Source: an uncultured Thermoanaerobaculia bacterium (GTDB taxonomy: Bacteria > Acidobacteriota > UBA4820 > DSQY01). Taken from it: 64,000 nt of DNA. The position numbers and the translations under genes were made by a program. The stretch lies in contig CAZPSH010000001.1 in NCBI GenBank assembly GCA_964589625.1, positions 45,862 to 109,861 of the forward strand, given 5' to 3'. The notes beneath the pieces were generated by a model, which ran no database searches, was not told the origin of the DNA, and saw only the letters and a list, made by a program, of their open reading frames with translations. Of the stretch, positions 39,457 through 49,081 are shown piece by piece. Position 1 is the stretch's first letter. The number at the start of each line of letters is the position of its first letter.

Positions 39457-40401
39457 CTATTGTACGGCGGCCGAGGCGCCCGCGCCACGGACGGGTGGCC
39501 CCGCCCCCCCGTCCCGGCCTGCATGCTCCGGGCCGTGGTCCAGTCCGTAGGCCAACTCGGCCCCGAAAAGGACGATGCACCACGTGTAGTAGATCCACAG
39601 AAGGCCTATGGGCACAAATCCCAGGGACCCATACAGACGCCCCACGACGGATCCCTTGAACACGTGGATGGCGTACAGGCTGAGCCCCACCTTTGCCCCT
39701 TCCCAAAGAAGCCCGGCGGCGGCCGAGGCCGCCAGTGCCGGCAGGGCGCCCACCGAGGCCCGGGGCAGGACCGCGTACAGGAAGAAGAGGCCCGATACGG
39801 TAAGTAGGTAGGGCAGGGCGAGGCGGGTGAAGGCAGAGAGAGGTTCCCCCAGGCTGCCGAAGAGGGAGAAAGAGAGGCCCGCTGCCGCCGAGAGAACGAG
39901 AAGACCGATCCAGAGCAGCAGAATCTTGAAAAGGGAGACGCGGGTTCGGTCCGGCGCGTGGAGAATGAACCGGAGGTTCCTCTGTACCGTCGCCATCAGG
40001 GAGGTTCCGGCAAAGACGAACAGGGCGAGGGCGAGGAGGCCGGAAGCTCCGCTTCCCAGAGCGCCCAGGTTGGCCTTCAGGGACGAGACGACCTCCAGGG
40101 CTACGCCCTGGGCCGAGGGAGTGACGAGCTGCTCGACGATGACCCTCTCCATCCGGTCCAGTTCGCCCGAAAGCACGGAAGTGCGGCTCGCGAGGAACAG
40201 GAGCAAAGCCGCGACCGGGAAGAGGCTTGCGAGCGTGAAGAAGGAAAGCGCCGCGCTGCGGGACAGGACCTGATCCTCCCGGGTCTTCCTCGCCACGCTT
40301 CCGAGCCGTGCGCCGGTGCGGGCGGAGGCGGAGAGGAGAATGCTCCACGTTCCGGCGAGCCGTTCGGCGAGTTTGCTAAGGATGGCCCGAATCGATGTCA
40401 C
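39457..40401 (-). CDS. YihY/BrkB-family membrane protein
   Basis: AALSFFTLASLFP, LYGSLGFVPIGLLWIYYTWCIVLFGAEL; GTGA overlap with the kinase stop. Confidence 0.9.
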   Translation of the reverse strand: MTSIRAILSKLAERLAGTWSILLSASARTGARLGSVARKTREDQVLSRSAALSFFTLASLFPVAALLLFLASRTSVLSGELDRMERVIVEQLVTPSAQGVALEVVSSLKANLGALGSGASGLLALALFVFAGTSLMATVQRNLRFILHAPDRTRVSLFKILLLWIGLLVLSAAAGLSFSLFGSLGEPLSAFTRLALPYLLTVSGLFFLYAVLPRASVGALPALAASAAAGLLWEGAKVGLSLYAIHVFKGSVVGRLYGSLGFVPIGLLWIYYTWCIVLFGAELAYGLDHGPEHAGRDGGAGPPVRGAGASAAVQ

Positions 40402-41342
40402 TGCCTTTGACCGCAAAAGGGGCACTGGACGGCCCGCCGGGGAAGGGGGCGCCGGCAGTGGAAACAAAAGGCCTCGCGCGGCGCGTCGCGGGCGGCGATC
40501 CGCTCGCGGATCTCCTTCAATTCCCTCTCCTTACGGGGGGACAGGCGAAGGTGCTTCAGGTCCGTGAGCAGGTCGTCGGCGGAGCGGTACCTCTGGGAGA
40601 GATCCCTGGCCATGGCCCGCGCCACGACGTCGGAGAAGGCCTTGGTAACCTGGCGGTTCTTGAGGTTTGGTGGCGTGAAGCGTCCCGCGGCCACGAGCTC
40701 TTCGATCCGCGCCGGATTGATATCGAAGAAGGGCAGGACGCCGGTCACCATCTCGTAGAGCATGACCCCGATGGAGTAGACGTCGGAGGCGAAGGTGGCG
40801 CGTCCCTGGAAATGTTCGGGGGCCATGTAGGGGGGGGACCCGATGCGGGTGGACGCATAGGGATCCCGCTCAAGAAGACGGGAGATGGAGAAGTCCACCA
40901 CCTTGGCCGTCCCGTCCCGCGTGAGGAGGACGTTGGAGGGACGGAGGTCCCGGTGGAGGAGGTTCCTCGAATGCGCGTAACGGACGGCGTCCGTGATCTG
41001 GATGGCCCACGTCAGTGCCTGGGGCTCCTCGATGCGGGCATCACGGGTCAGCTTCTCGGCGAGGGATTCGCCCTCCACGTACTCCATCACGATATAGAAG
41101 ACTTGCGTCTCCGGATCCCGGTCCGCGGTGAGGACGGAAACGATGTTGGGGTGGCTGAGGGGTGCCATGAGGCGCGCTTCGGCCGCGATCTCCTCCTCAG
41201 CCAAGTTCTGGCGGTGGGGAATTTTGAGGGCCACCCTCTTGCCGATGACCGTATCTTCGGCGAGGTAGACGGCCCCGAACCCCCCGTTTCCGAGGGGCTT
41301 GTCGACGCGGTATTTCCCGACGCGCTGGTCTTTAAGGAACAT
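40398..41342 (-). CDS. Hanks-type Ser/Thr protein kinase with C-terminal zinc ribbon
   Basis: LGNGGFGAVY, VALK, HRDLRPSN, DFS, YMAPE, SDVYSIG; CFHC...CPFC. Confidence 0.93.
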   Translation of the reverse strand: MFLKDQRVGKYRVDKPLGNGGFGAVYLAEDTVIGKRVALKIPHRQNLAEEEIAAEARLMAPLSHPNIVSVLTADRDPETQVFYIVMEYVEGESLAEKLTRDARIEEPQALTWAIQITDAVRYAHSRNLLHRDLRPSNVLLTRDGTAKVVDFSISRLLERDPYASTRIGSPPYMAPEHFQGRATFASDVYSIGVMLYEMVTGVLPFFDINPARIEELVAAGRFTPPNLKNRQVTKAFSDVVARAMARDLSQRYRSADDLLTDLKHLRLSPRKERELKEIRERIAARDAPREAFCFHCRRPLPRRAVQCPFCGQRQ

Positions 41343-41678
41343 TCCCTCCCCGCTGCTAGCAGTATACTACGCCGGCCCTTTCTATACAGAGCGGCAAAAC
41401 TGAATGCGCAGAAGGGGGTGGGGCTTTGGGGTATGCCGCTCTGTATTCGCGGGGAAGGCCCCATCCCTTGCGAGTGCGGCCCCGCGGGCCGCGCAAGGGC
41501 TGAGCCCTCCCCGCGGGCCCTGCCGGGAGAAGCGCGGCGGCGCCTCCCCCGGACCTCCACCCACATGCAGCGCGCCGGACTTCCGTCGCGCTGTACAGGA
41601 ACCATCGTCTGCTCAGGGGGGCTTGCGCGAGGAGAGCGTCCGTATCAAACTCCTACCTTTCCGCTTCTGGAGGTGTGC

Positions 41679-43088
41679 ATGCAGATCGTCCGCCCCGTCG
41701 CCGCCGTGCTTCTTCTCAGCCTCTGTCTGGGCGCCGATGCCCAGGTGCCTCCTTCTCTGGCCAGGGCCGTTCCGCAGGTGCAGGAGGCGGGGGCCGGGGC
41801 GGCGGGCGATTCGGCCATCTGGCCGGGATTCTCCTTTACGCAGGCCTGCATGCTCGTCTACGACCCCGCGTCCAAGTCGGCGCTCCTGTTCCACGTGGAC
41901 CCGCTGCCCCCGGAGTTCCGGCCGGCGGACCCTTCGGCCCCCAAGGTGGGAATCGGTCCCATTCCCTCCGAAGAGCCGCCGAAGGAAGGCACGGGGCCTG
42001 TGGCGGGCCGCCTGGGCCAGTGGATCGCCGCCGATAGACTGCCGGAGACTCCGGGGCCGGTTGCGACGGAGTTCCTGTATTCCCGCGCGTTCCTGGTCTT
42101 CGAGGCCTACAGGGGTTTTCCCCAGCCCACTGGCGTCCCCGAGACGGAATTCCCGCTGTACGATGCCGAATTCAACGCCCTCTCCAGGGCCGAGGGCGCC
42201 GTTCTGTTGCGCGCGCTCGGCGCCCAGAAGATAGACCTCCCCGGATTGGTGGCCGCGTTCTTGGGACTTCGAGAGCGCCGCCAGTCGGTGCTGAGCGAAG
42301 CCGCCCGCTCCTACGAGTGGCGGACCGAGGCCGACGAGGGGCTCGCCGCCTACGCGGGATACGTGGCCCGGAGCAGAACGGATGCGGGCGGGGCCGCCGC
42401 CGACCTGGCCAAGCGACTGGGAGACGGCGGCCGCGAGGGAGCCGGAATCGCAGGATCCCGCTTTGCCGCAACGGGTTGCGCCCTGGCCCTGATTCTCGAC
42501 CGGATCGGCGTGAACTGGAAGGCCGAATTCGAAAAGACCTCCCGGGAATCCCTGCGTCCGACCCTGGCCATGGTCTCCAGCGCGGCGGCACCCGCCGATC
42601 TCGCCTTTGTGGGGATAGCGGACCTTCGCCGGGAGGAGGGGGAGGCCCTGGCGCGGTCCCAGGCCGAACGCGACGCCAGGCTGCGCTCCATCGCACAAGC
42701 CGACGGACTTGTCGTGAGGATCGACCTGGAGGCGGCCCTCGGGAATCCCGGGGTCCGCTGGAGCAATCGGTACGCTCCGAACGGGATCCTGAAATTGGAC
42801 CGGACCCGGGAAATTCGCGAAAGGTACTACAGCCTCGTGGGGGAGGGGCACTTCGAGTTCGCCTCCTCCCGGCCGATCCTGATCGAGACCCGCAAGGGCA
42901 TGACAGCGGGATTCGCAGCCACTGAGGTCCCCTACATGACCCTTGACGGCCAGCCCCTGTCGCTATCGGCAGGACAGGTTCTGGAGGGGGCCTTGGAGAT
43001 CCGGGGCAACCGGCTGAGTCTCAAAGTGGACCGTGCCCGCCTGACGTACTCACCGAAGACCCTCGTCGTGGAGCCCCTTCTTCCCTAA
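41679..43088 (+). CDS. Exported hypothetical protein (possible degenerate Zn-peptidase fold)
   Basis: GGAGGT RBS, signal peptide, E...EGLAAY motif. Confidence 0.75.
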   Translation: MQIVRPVAAVLLLSLCLGADAQVPPSLARAVPQVQEAGAGAAGDSAIWPGFSFTQACMLVYDPASKSALLFHVDPLPPEFRPADPSAPKVGIGPIPSEEPPKEGTGPVAGRLGQWIAADRLPETPGPVATEFLYSRAFLVFEAYRGFPQPTGVPETEFPLYDAEFNALSRAEGAVLLRALGAQKIDLPGLVAAFLGLRERRQSVLSEAARSYEWRTEADEGLAAYAGYVARSRTDAGGAAADLAKRLGDGGREGAGIAGSRFAATGCALALILDRIGVNWKAEFEKTSRESLRPTLAMVSSAAAPADLAFVGIADLRREEGEALARSQAERDARLRSIAQADGLVVRIDLEAALGNPGVRWSNRYAPNGILKLDRTREIRERYYSLVGEGHFEFASSRPILIETRKGMTAGFAATEVPYMTLDGQPLSLSAGQVLEGALEIRGNRLSLKVDRARLTYSPKTLVVEPLLP

Positions 43089-43105
43089 AGGAGCCACCGG
43101 AGGGT

Positions 43106-43876
43106 CTATTCAAAGCCTTCGCACGTCCCGTGCCCTGGTCGCGGGACGTTTGCCTTGGAAAGGGAGGCCCGAGCGAGGGCTCGCCTCAGGAGGGAGGTCC
43201 TCGGGGCCCTGACCGCGACGAGACGGGGCTCCTTGTCGTCGTCGTCGAAAAGAGCGTAGGCGGGATTCGACGTAAGCCAGGAGGAGGGATTCAGGAACAG
43301 GACCCCGCCGGTCCTCTCCATCTCCCTTCGGTGGGTGTGGCCCACGACCACGTAGGAGGCGCCCAGCTGGATGCCGCGCGCCACGGCGCCCTCCTTGACC
43401 CGGCGCGCCGCCCTTTCGAAGACGTAGCTCGAGCGCTGGACCCACTGGATCGCCGTCTTTCGGGGCACATCGAACCAGATGGCGAAGCCGTAGAAGAGGT
43501 TGCGGAGGCTCCGGACCTTCCGCGCGGATTTCTGGAAGGTGTCGAACTGGTCTCCATGCACGACGTAGACCTTCCGCTCGCGGTAATCGAAGAGGAACTC
43601 CTCGTAAACCCGGACTCCGAGCAGGTGGCCCAGGAGCCCCGCGGAGCCGTCGTGATTTCCGCGGATCCACACGACTTCACGGTTCTTGCCCAGGTCGCGC
43701 AGGAGTTCCAGGATCTTCCAATGATTTCTGTTGAGCCTCCTGAAGTTGAGGTCGTCGAAAATGTCGCCGTTAAGGATCAATCGGTCCCACCGGGCGGATG
43801 CGAGGACGCGGAGGAGGCAACCGCAGCGGCAGAGTTTGGAGCCCAGGTGCACGTCGCCCAGCACGATCGTTCGCAT
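43106..43876 (-). CDS. Calcineurin-like metallophosphoesterase (LpxH/YbbF-like)
   Basis: GDVHLG, NGDIFD, RGNHD, VHGDQFD, VGHTH. Confidence 0.9.
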   Translation of the reverse strand: MRTIVLGDVHLGSKLCRCGCLLRVLASARWDRLILNGDIFDDLNFRRLNRNHWKILELLRDLGKNREVVWIRGNHDGSAGLLGHLLGVRVYEEFLFDYRERKVYVVHGDQFDTFQKSARKVRSLRNLFYGFAIWFDVPRKTAIQWVQRSSYVFERAARRVKEGAVARGIQLGASYVVVGHTHRREMERTGGVLFLNPSSWLTSNPAYALFDDDDKEPRLVAVRAPRTSLLRRALARASLSKANVPRPGHGTCEGFE

Positions 43877-43939
43877 GAAAGGCGCTCCAAGGGACCCCCA
43901 ATGGATGATACCACCTGCGCGCGGTACCCGCCTCCGGGG

Positions 43940-43968
43940 TTGCCAAGTGAGTAACGCCGTCCAATAAT
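43940..43968 (+). promoter_or_regulatory. Putative sigma70 promoter of the OsmC-family gene
   Basis: TTGCCA-17 nt-AATAAT. Confidence 0.45.
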
Positions 43969-43991
43969 GACTCCTTCCGGAGGAGGGGAGC

Positions 43992-44408
43992 ATGGCGGTG
44001 AAAGTCACCTGGGTCGAGAAGAGCGCCTTTGCGGCGCGGTCCGAGACCAACCACTGGATCATGATGGACAGCACCTTCAACGGTGGCGACGGGGCCGCCC
44101 CATCGCCCATCGAATACGTCCTCATGGGACTCGGCGGTTGCTCGGGCATCGACCTCGTGTCCATCCTCCAGAAGATGCGGCAGGACGTGCGCGGAATCGA
44201 GATCGAGGTCTCCGGTGAGCGCGCGGCCGAGAACCCTCGGGTCTACGTTAGGGTCCACGCGAAGTACACCGTTCGAGGAAGGGGTCTGAACGCCGCGCGC
44301 GTCAAAGCGGCCATCGAACTCTCGGACGAGGAATACTGCTCCATTGGAGCCATGCTTCGGAAAACGGCCGAGTACACCTACGAGGTGGAGGTCATCGAGG
44401 AGACCTGA
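43992..44408 (+). CDS. OsmC/YhfA-family protein
   Basis: SPIEYVLMGLGGCSGID, LSDEEYCSIG. Confidence 0.92.
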   Translation: MAVKVTWVEKSAFAARSETNHWIMMDSTFNGGDGAAPSPIEYVLMGLGGCSGIDLVSILQKMRQDVRGIEIEVSGERAAENPRVYVRVHAKYTVRGRGLNAARVKAAIELSDEEYCSIGAMLRKTAEYTYEVEVIEET

Positions 44409-44450
44409 TCCCAGTTGCCCCGCGCCGTCCGGTGGGGGCGGGAGGAATTC

Positions 44451-45680
44451 ATGGACCTATCCAGGCGCGCGCTGACCGTCCAGGAATCGCCCATCCGGAA
44501 GCTCGCCCCGCTCATGTTGGAGGCCAAGCGCCGGGGAGTGCGGATCCATCACCTCAATATCGGACAGCCGGACATCGCCACACCCGAGGCCTACCTCGAG
44601 GCCGTGGCGGATTTTCGCCGGCACGAAAAGGTGCTGAGCTACGGGCCGAGCGACGGAATCCCCGAGCTGAGGCAGGCCATCGCCGACTACTTCGGCCGAT
44701 TTTCCGTCGCGCTCGACGCCAGGGACGTCATGATCACCACCGGGGGGAGCGAGGCGGCCCTCTTTGCTCTGAACCTGGTGGGGGACTACGGCGACGAAGT
44801 CATCCTGCCCCAGCCCTTCTACACCAACTACAACGGCTTCGCCGCCATGGCCGGGATTCGGCTCGTTCCCGTCACGGCCCGCGCGGAAGACGGTTTCCGG
44901 CTTCCCCAACGCGAGACGATCGAACGCGCCATCACACCCAGGACACGGGCCATCCTCGTCTGCTCGCCCAACAACCCGACGGGGACGATCCTCACGCGCG
45001 AGGAGCTGGAAACCTTGGCCGAGATCGCCATCCGCCACGACCTCTTCCTTATCGGGGATGAAGTCTACAAGGAGTTCACGTACGAGGGCGCGGTCCATCA
45101 CAGCCTTCTCGAACTGACATCCGTGAGGGAGCGCGTCATCGTGATCGATTCGGTGTCCAAGCGATTTTCCGCCTGCGGGGCGCGGGTAGGGGCCCTCATC
45201 AGCCGGAACCGGAAGGTCATGGAATCGGCCCTCAAGTTCGGCCAGGCACGGCTCTGCCCGCCCACCATCGAGCAGGTTGGCTCCATCGCCGCCTACCGCA
45301 TGGACCCCTCCTACTTCAACCCCATCCGGGCCGAGTACCAAGCCCGCAGGGACATGCTTCTCCAGGGCCTCACGGCCCACCCGGAGGTCATCCTCCGCAA
45401 GCCTCCCGGGGCCTTTTACATGATCGTGAAACTGCCGCTGAACGACACCGATCACTTTGCCCGCTGGCTTCTCTCCGAATGGCAGGTGGAAGGTGAAACC
45501 GTGATGGTGGCGCCCGGGGACGGATTCTACGCCACCCCCGGGCTGGGCCAGAACGAAATCCGGGTGGCCTACGTGCTCGAGGTGGGTAAGCTGGAGCGGG
45601 CGGCCCGAATCCTCGTGGAAGGGATGGAACGTTTTCGGACCCTCCGGGGAAACGGCGAGGTGGCCGCCGCGGGGGCATGA
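44451..45680 (+). CDS. PLP-dependent class I/II aminotransferase
   Basis: LNIGQPD, TGGSEA, SPNNPTG, DEVY, DSVSKRFSACGARVG. Confidence 0.94.
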   Translation: MDLSRRALTVQESPIRKLAPLMLEAKRRGVRIHHLNIGQPDIATPEAYLEAVADFRRHEKVLSYGPSDGIPELRQAIADYFGRFSVALDARDVMITTGGSEAALFALNLVGDYGDEVILPQPFYTNYNGFAAMAGIRLVPVTARAEDGFRLPQRETIERAITPRTRAILVCSPNNPTGTILTREELETLAEIAIRHDLFLIGDEVYKEFTYEGAVHHSLLELTSVRERVIVIDSVSKRFSACGARVGALISRNRKVMESALKFGQARLCPPTIEQVGSIAAYRMDPSYFNPIRAEYQARRDMLLQGLTAHPEVILRKPPGAFYMIVKLPLNDTDHFARWLLSEWQVEGETVMVAPGDGFYATPGLGQNEIRVAYVLEVGKLERAARILVEGMERFRTLRGNGEVAAAGA

Positions 45681-46663
45681 TGGACGGCGAATCGAGCCCG
45701 CCGGGGTCAGCACCGCTCATCCGGCTCGTCGTTCAGGTGCCTCGGGAGGGGCCCGACGGCGCCGCGTGGTCCGTGGTGCGACGCCGGGCCGAATGGGGGA
45801 TCCGCGGGCTCTGCATCCAGGAGAAGTCCTGCGACTCCCCCTGCCGGTTCGCGCTGAGCCTCCAAAGGCCTTCCGGGGGTGCGATCCGGTGGGACATGCT
45901 GCCGGACCAGAACGCCGAAGCTCCGTTCCTGGGCCTCCTGGAAGGTCTGGCGCAGGGATCGTGCTCGGTTCGGGCGCAAACGAAGTCTGCCCTCGAATCC
46001 TTGGCCTATCTACCCCCGGTGACCGTCTACGGGGCCCGCTGGTGCGGAGCGAGCGCGGGCACGCTGGCGCTGGCCTGCTCCTTGGCCGTTGCGGACCCGC
46101 GTCTCTCCCTCCACGTCGTGGACGCGGAGGGGGTGCCGAAGGACGCCCTGCCACCCGCCGTGACCTCGGTCCCGTGGACGATCTTCGGATCCGGTGAGGC
46201 ACGCCTTTTCGGAACCTTGAAGGAAGAAGAGACCGTCGCGGCCCTCCGGGCCGCCGTGGAGGGCACGGGAGGACGCCACACCCTCGCGCACCTGCTCGGC
46301 ATGAAGATGAAGGAGGAGGCGGGACTTCTCCTGGGGGCCGGGGTCCTCACTCCCGGGGACGCCGGGTGGCTGGCGTGCCGCGCGCCCGACCTGGGCGTGC
46401 GGCTGGCGGCCACCCTCTTCCTCTCGGACCTAGCGCGCCGCGACCGAGCCCTCGCCGGGGGGGCCGTTCCTGCGCTTGTGGAGGGCCTGAGTTCGAAGGA
46501 GGCGAGGATCCGAGGCGACGCGGCCTTTGCCCTGGGGGAGGTGGGCGATCCCACCGCGTCTCCCGCGCTCGAAGGTGCGCTTCGGGACGGGGACGAGGAG
46601 GTCCGGGAGGCCGCCTGCGAGGCCCTCCAGAAGATCAAGGACCTGGAGGCCCTTAGAGGCTGA
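45677..46663 (+). CDS. Thioredoxin/AhpF-N-like fold fused to HEAT repeats
   Basis: TVYGARWCGAS...VTSVP thioredoxin-like pattern; C-terminal RGDAAFALGEVGD...VREAACEAL. Confidence 0.65.
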   Translation: MMDGESSPPGSAPLIRLVVQVPREGPDGAAWSVVRRRAEWGIRGLCIQEKSCDSPCRFALSLQRPSGGAIRWDMLPDQNAEAPFLGLLEGLAQGSCSVRAQTKSALESLAYLPPVTVYGARWCGASAGTLALACSLAVADPRLSLHVVDAEGVPKDALPPAVTSVPWTIFGSGEARLFGTLKEEETVAALRAAVEGTGGRHTLAHLLGMKMKEEAGLLLGAGVLTPGDAGWLACRAPDLGVRLAATLFLSDLARRDRALAGGAVPALVEGLSSKEARIRGDAAFALGEVGDPTASPALEGALRDGDEEVREAACEALQKIKDLEALRG

Positions 46664-46671
46664 GCCCTCCT

Positions 46672-48138
46672 TCACCGGGCAAAATCGAAGGGTTCCGAGG
46701 TCCCCCCGTCCGGATTCACGACCAGGATGGACACGGCTTGCCCCTTCGGCAGGAGGGCCTTGAGGTCCTTTCCTCCCGTCAGAATCAGCTTCTCGGCGCT
46801 CTTGAAGTTCGTTCCCGGAGAGGGGGCGCCGTCGATGAAGGCCGACGCGCCCGCTTGAAAGTCCTTGCCCGCGAGCCGGAGGCGGAACGGATTCGTGAGG
46901 ACCTTGGCGGATTCAATGGCCGGAGGGATTGGGACGCCAACGTACACGGGGGCGGACGCGATCGCCGTGCGGGCCTGGGCGTCCGTCACCGTCACCAGGC
47001 AGTCGAAGGCGCCCGTTTGGACGAAGGTGTGGACGGGATCCTCGAGATTGGAGGTGGCCCCGTCGCCGAAATCCCAGGAGAAGGCGTAGGGGGTCGTTCC
47101 TCCCTTGGGAGTGGCGGCGAACTGGACCGTTAGGGGCTCGGGGCCCTGGCGAGGATTGGGGGCGGCCGTCACCTTAAGGGCGGCGGTGACCTTCACCTGT
47201 CCGGTTTTGGTGCAGGTGGTTCCGGCCGCGTCGGTGACCGTCAGCTTCCAGGCAAAGTTCCCGCCGCTTTTGTACGTGTGGATCGGGTTTCTGAGGGACG
47301 ACCGCCCGCCGTCCCCGAAGTTCCAGCTCCAACCGTATCCCGGCGATCCGCCCGAGGCCTCCGCGGTGAAAGTGACCGCGAGGGGCGCGGTCCCGCTGGT
47401 GTGGGAGGCCGTGGCCGTGCAGGTCAAAGCCGGAGGGACCTGGGCGTCCCAATCGAAGGCGAAGGCCCCGCCCGTGGACACTTGGAAGAGCGTAAAAGCC
47501 CCCTGGGACAGGTTCTTGATGGGAAAGGAGGGATCCACGGGACTGCAGCAGTTCGGGTCGGCGCAGGTGTTTACGGACGCGCTCCCGAGGGCCTGCGGAT
47601 TGGATGCTGCGAAAAAGTCAAGGTCGCCGCTGCGGACGGGCGTTGTGGAGAGGAAGGCCGCCACGTCCACCCTGGGATCCGGGCCCCCGCGGGTTTCGGC
47701 ATGAATGTTGAGGAGTTTGCTCGTGCGCAGCAAGACGGGCCCGTTGCCGCCGGTCCCGCACACGGCGGAGGGTGGGCGGTTGAGGATCGTTCCGCCAAAG
47801 ACAACTTGGAGGGTGGCCCCCTGGAAATAGAGGGTAAAGGGGGGCGCGGTCGTGAAAACGAAGAGGTTGCCGGCGGCCAGGTAGAAATCCGCGCCGGAGA
47901 TGTGTCCGGCGCCGTCCGTCATGATGGCCGCGCCCTGGCCCCCCACCACTTTGATCCAAAGGCCGTCCGGCGCCGGGTTTGCTCCAGCCTCGAAAACAAC
48001 GGATTCGCCTCCGTACAGGACCCCGCCTCCGCCGGAACGGCCGCCGTGGTAAGTGACCGCGCTTGTGCCTAGGGAGGTCAAGGCTGTCAGGGCAAGGGTC
48101 AGGCAAAACAGGGGAGCGCATCGAGGGGCCGGTTTCAT
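46672..48138 (-). CDS. Secreted PKD-domain protein
   Basis: Signal peptide, two PKD repeats (WNFGDG, WDFGDG), C-terminal IPT-like domain (VVNPDGG). Confidence 0.85.
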   Translation of the reverse strand: MKPAPRCAPLFCLTLALTALTSLGTSAVTYHGGRSGGGGVLYGGESVVFEAGANPAPDGLWIKVVGGQGAAIMTDGAGHISGADFYLAAGNLFVFTTAPPFTLYFQGATLQVVFGGTILNRPPSAVCGTGGNGPVLLRTSKLLNIHAETRGGPDPRVDVAAFLSTTPVRSGDLDFFAASNPQALGSASVNTCADPNCCSPVDPSFPIKNLSQGAFTLFQVSTGGAFAFDWDAQVPPALTCTATASHTSGTAPLAVTFTAEASGGSPGYGWSWNFGDGGRSSLRNPIHTYKSGGNFAWKLTVTDAAGTTCTKTGQVKVTAALKVTAAPNPRQGPEPLTVQFAATPKGGTTPYAFSWDFGDGATSNLEDPVHTFVQTGAFDCLVTVTDAQARTAIASAPVYVGVPIPPAIESAKVLTNPFRLRLAGKDFQAGASAFIDGAPSPGTNFKSAEKLILTGGKDLKALLPKGQAVSILVVNPDGGTSEPFDFAR

Positions 48139-48259
48139 GCATGCCTCCTAAGGACATTATAGCGGCCCCCCTCGAAAGAGGCACCCCCGCCCCTTGCGGG
48201 TGGGGCACGAATGGTCTAATGTATTCACCAGGAAGGGCATCTGGGCAGGGTGATGCGTC

Positions 48260-49081
48260 ATGGATGAAATCCTGGTTCTTGGTTTCTGCCTGACGGGACT
48301 CTCGCTCATCGCCCTCCTGCTCTGGCTTCATCCTCGAAAGGGGCCCATCGGCGTCGTGTGGCCGTTCCTGCGCGAGCACGCCTTTTCCACACACGCCCTC
48401 TTCTACCTGCTGACCATCGCCGGAATCATTCTCCTGGACATCCTGGAGACCCGGTTCGATCCTCAGATCACGAGCCACCTCGGGTGGGATTTCACCACGC
48501 TCTTCCTAAGGATTGAAGGCTCGACGGCGGCGCTCTTCCAGCTGGTCCAGTTTTCCGCCCTCACCTTCGCCCTTTCGGTGGTTTACCTGTACGTGTTCCC
48601 GGTCATGGGCGTGGTGGCGGTCCTCTCCGCCTATGCGGGCGGCGAGAGGACCCTGGGCAGGAAGATCTTCTGGGGGACGATCTTCAACTACCTCCTGATC
48701 CTTCCCTTCTACATTCTGGTTCCGGTTTCCGAACGCTGGGCCTCGGGAGACGGGTCCGTGAGCCTGCTCATGAACACGATTTCGCCGGTTCTCATCGAGG
48801 GGCTGAGGCCCTTGAGCGGCCTGAACAACTGCTTTCCCTCCTTTCACACCTCCCTTGCCGTGACCTACGCGCTCTTGATCACCGAGAGTGCCGACCGCCG
48901 CTTGAGGAGGACCATGCTCGTCCTTGCGGCACTGGTGGTCTACTCGACGCTGTACTTGGGCTTCCACTGGGTGTTGGACTCTTTTGCGGGCGCTCTTTTC
49001 GCCGCGGCCTGCACGCTTCTCGCCACCTACGCGGTGGAGAACTACCCGCTCGAGCTCGCCTTCCTCCGCAGTAGAAAATGA
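48260..49081 (+). CDS. PAP2-superfamily (AUR1/IPC-synthase-like) membrane phosphotransferase
   Basis: NCFPSFHT, STLYLGFHWVLD, multiple TMs; TTGCGG-17-TAATGT promoter candidate at 48194-48222. Confidence 0.85.
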   Translation: MDEILVLGFCLTGLSLIALLLWLHPRKGPIGVVWPFLREHAFSTHALFYLLTIAGIILLDILETRFDPQITSHLGWDFTTLFLRIEGSTAALFQLVQFSALTFALSVVYLYVFPVMGVVAVLSAYAGGERTLGRKIFWGTIFNYLLILPFYILVPVSERWASGDGSVSLLMNTISPVLIEGLRPLSGLNNCFPSFHTSLAVTYALLITESADRRLRRTMLVLAALVVYSTLYLGFHWVLDSFAGALFAAACTLLATYAVENYPLELAFLRSRK

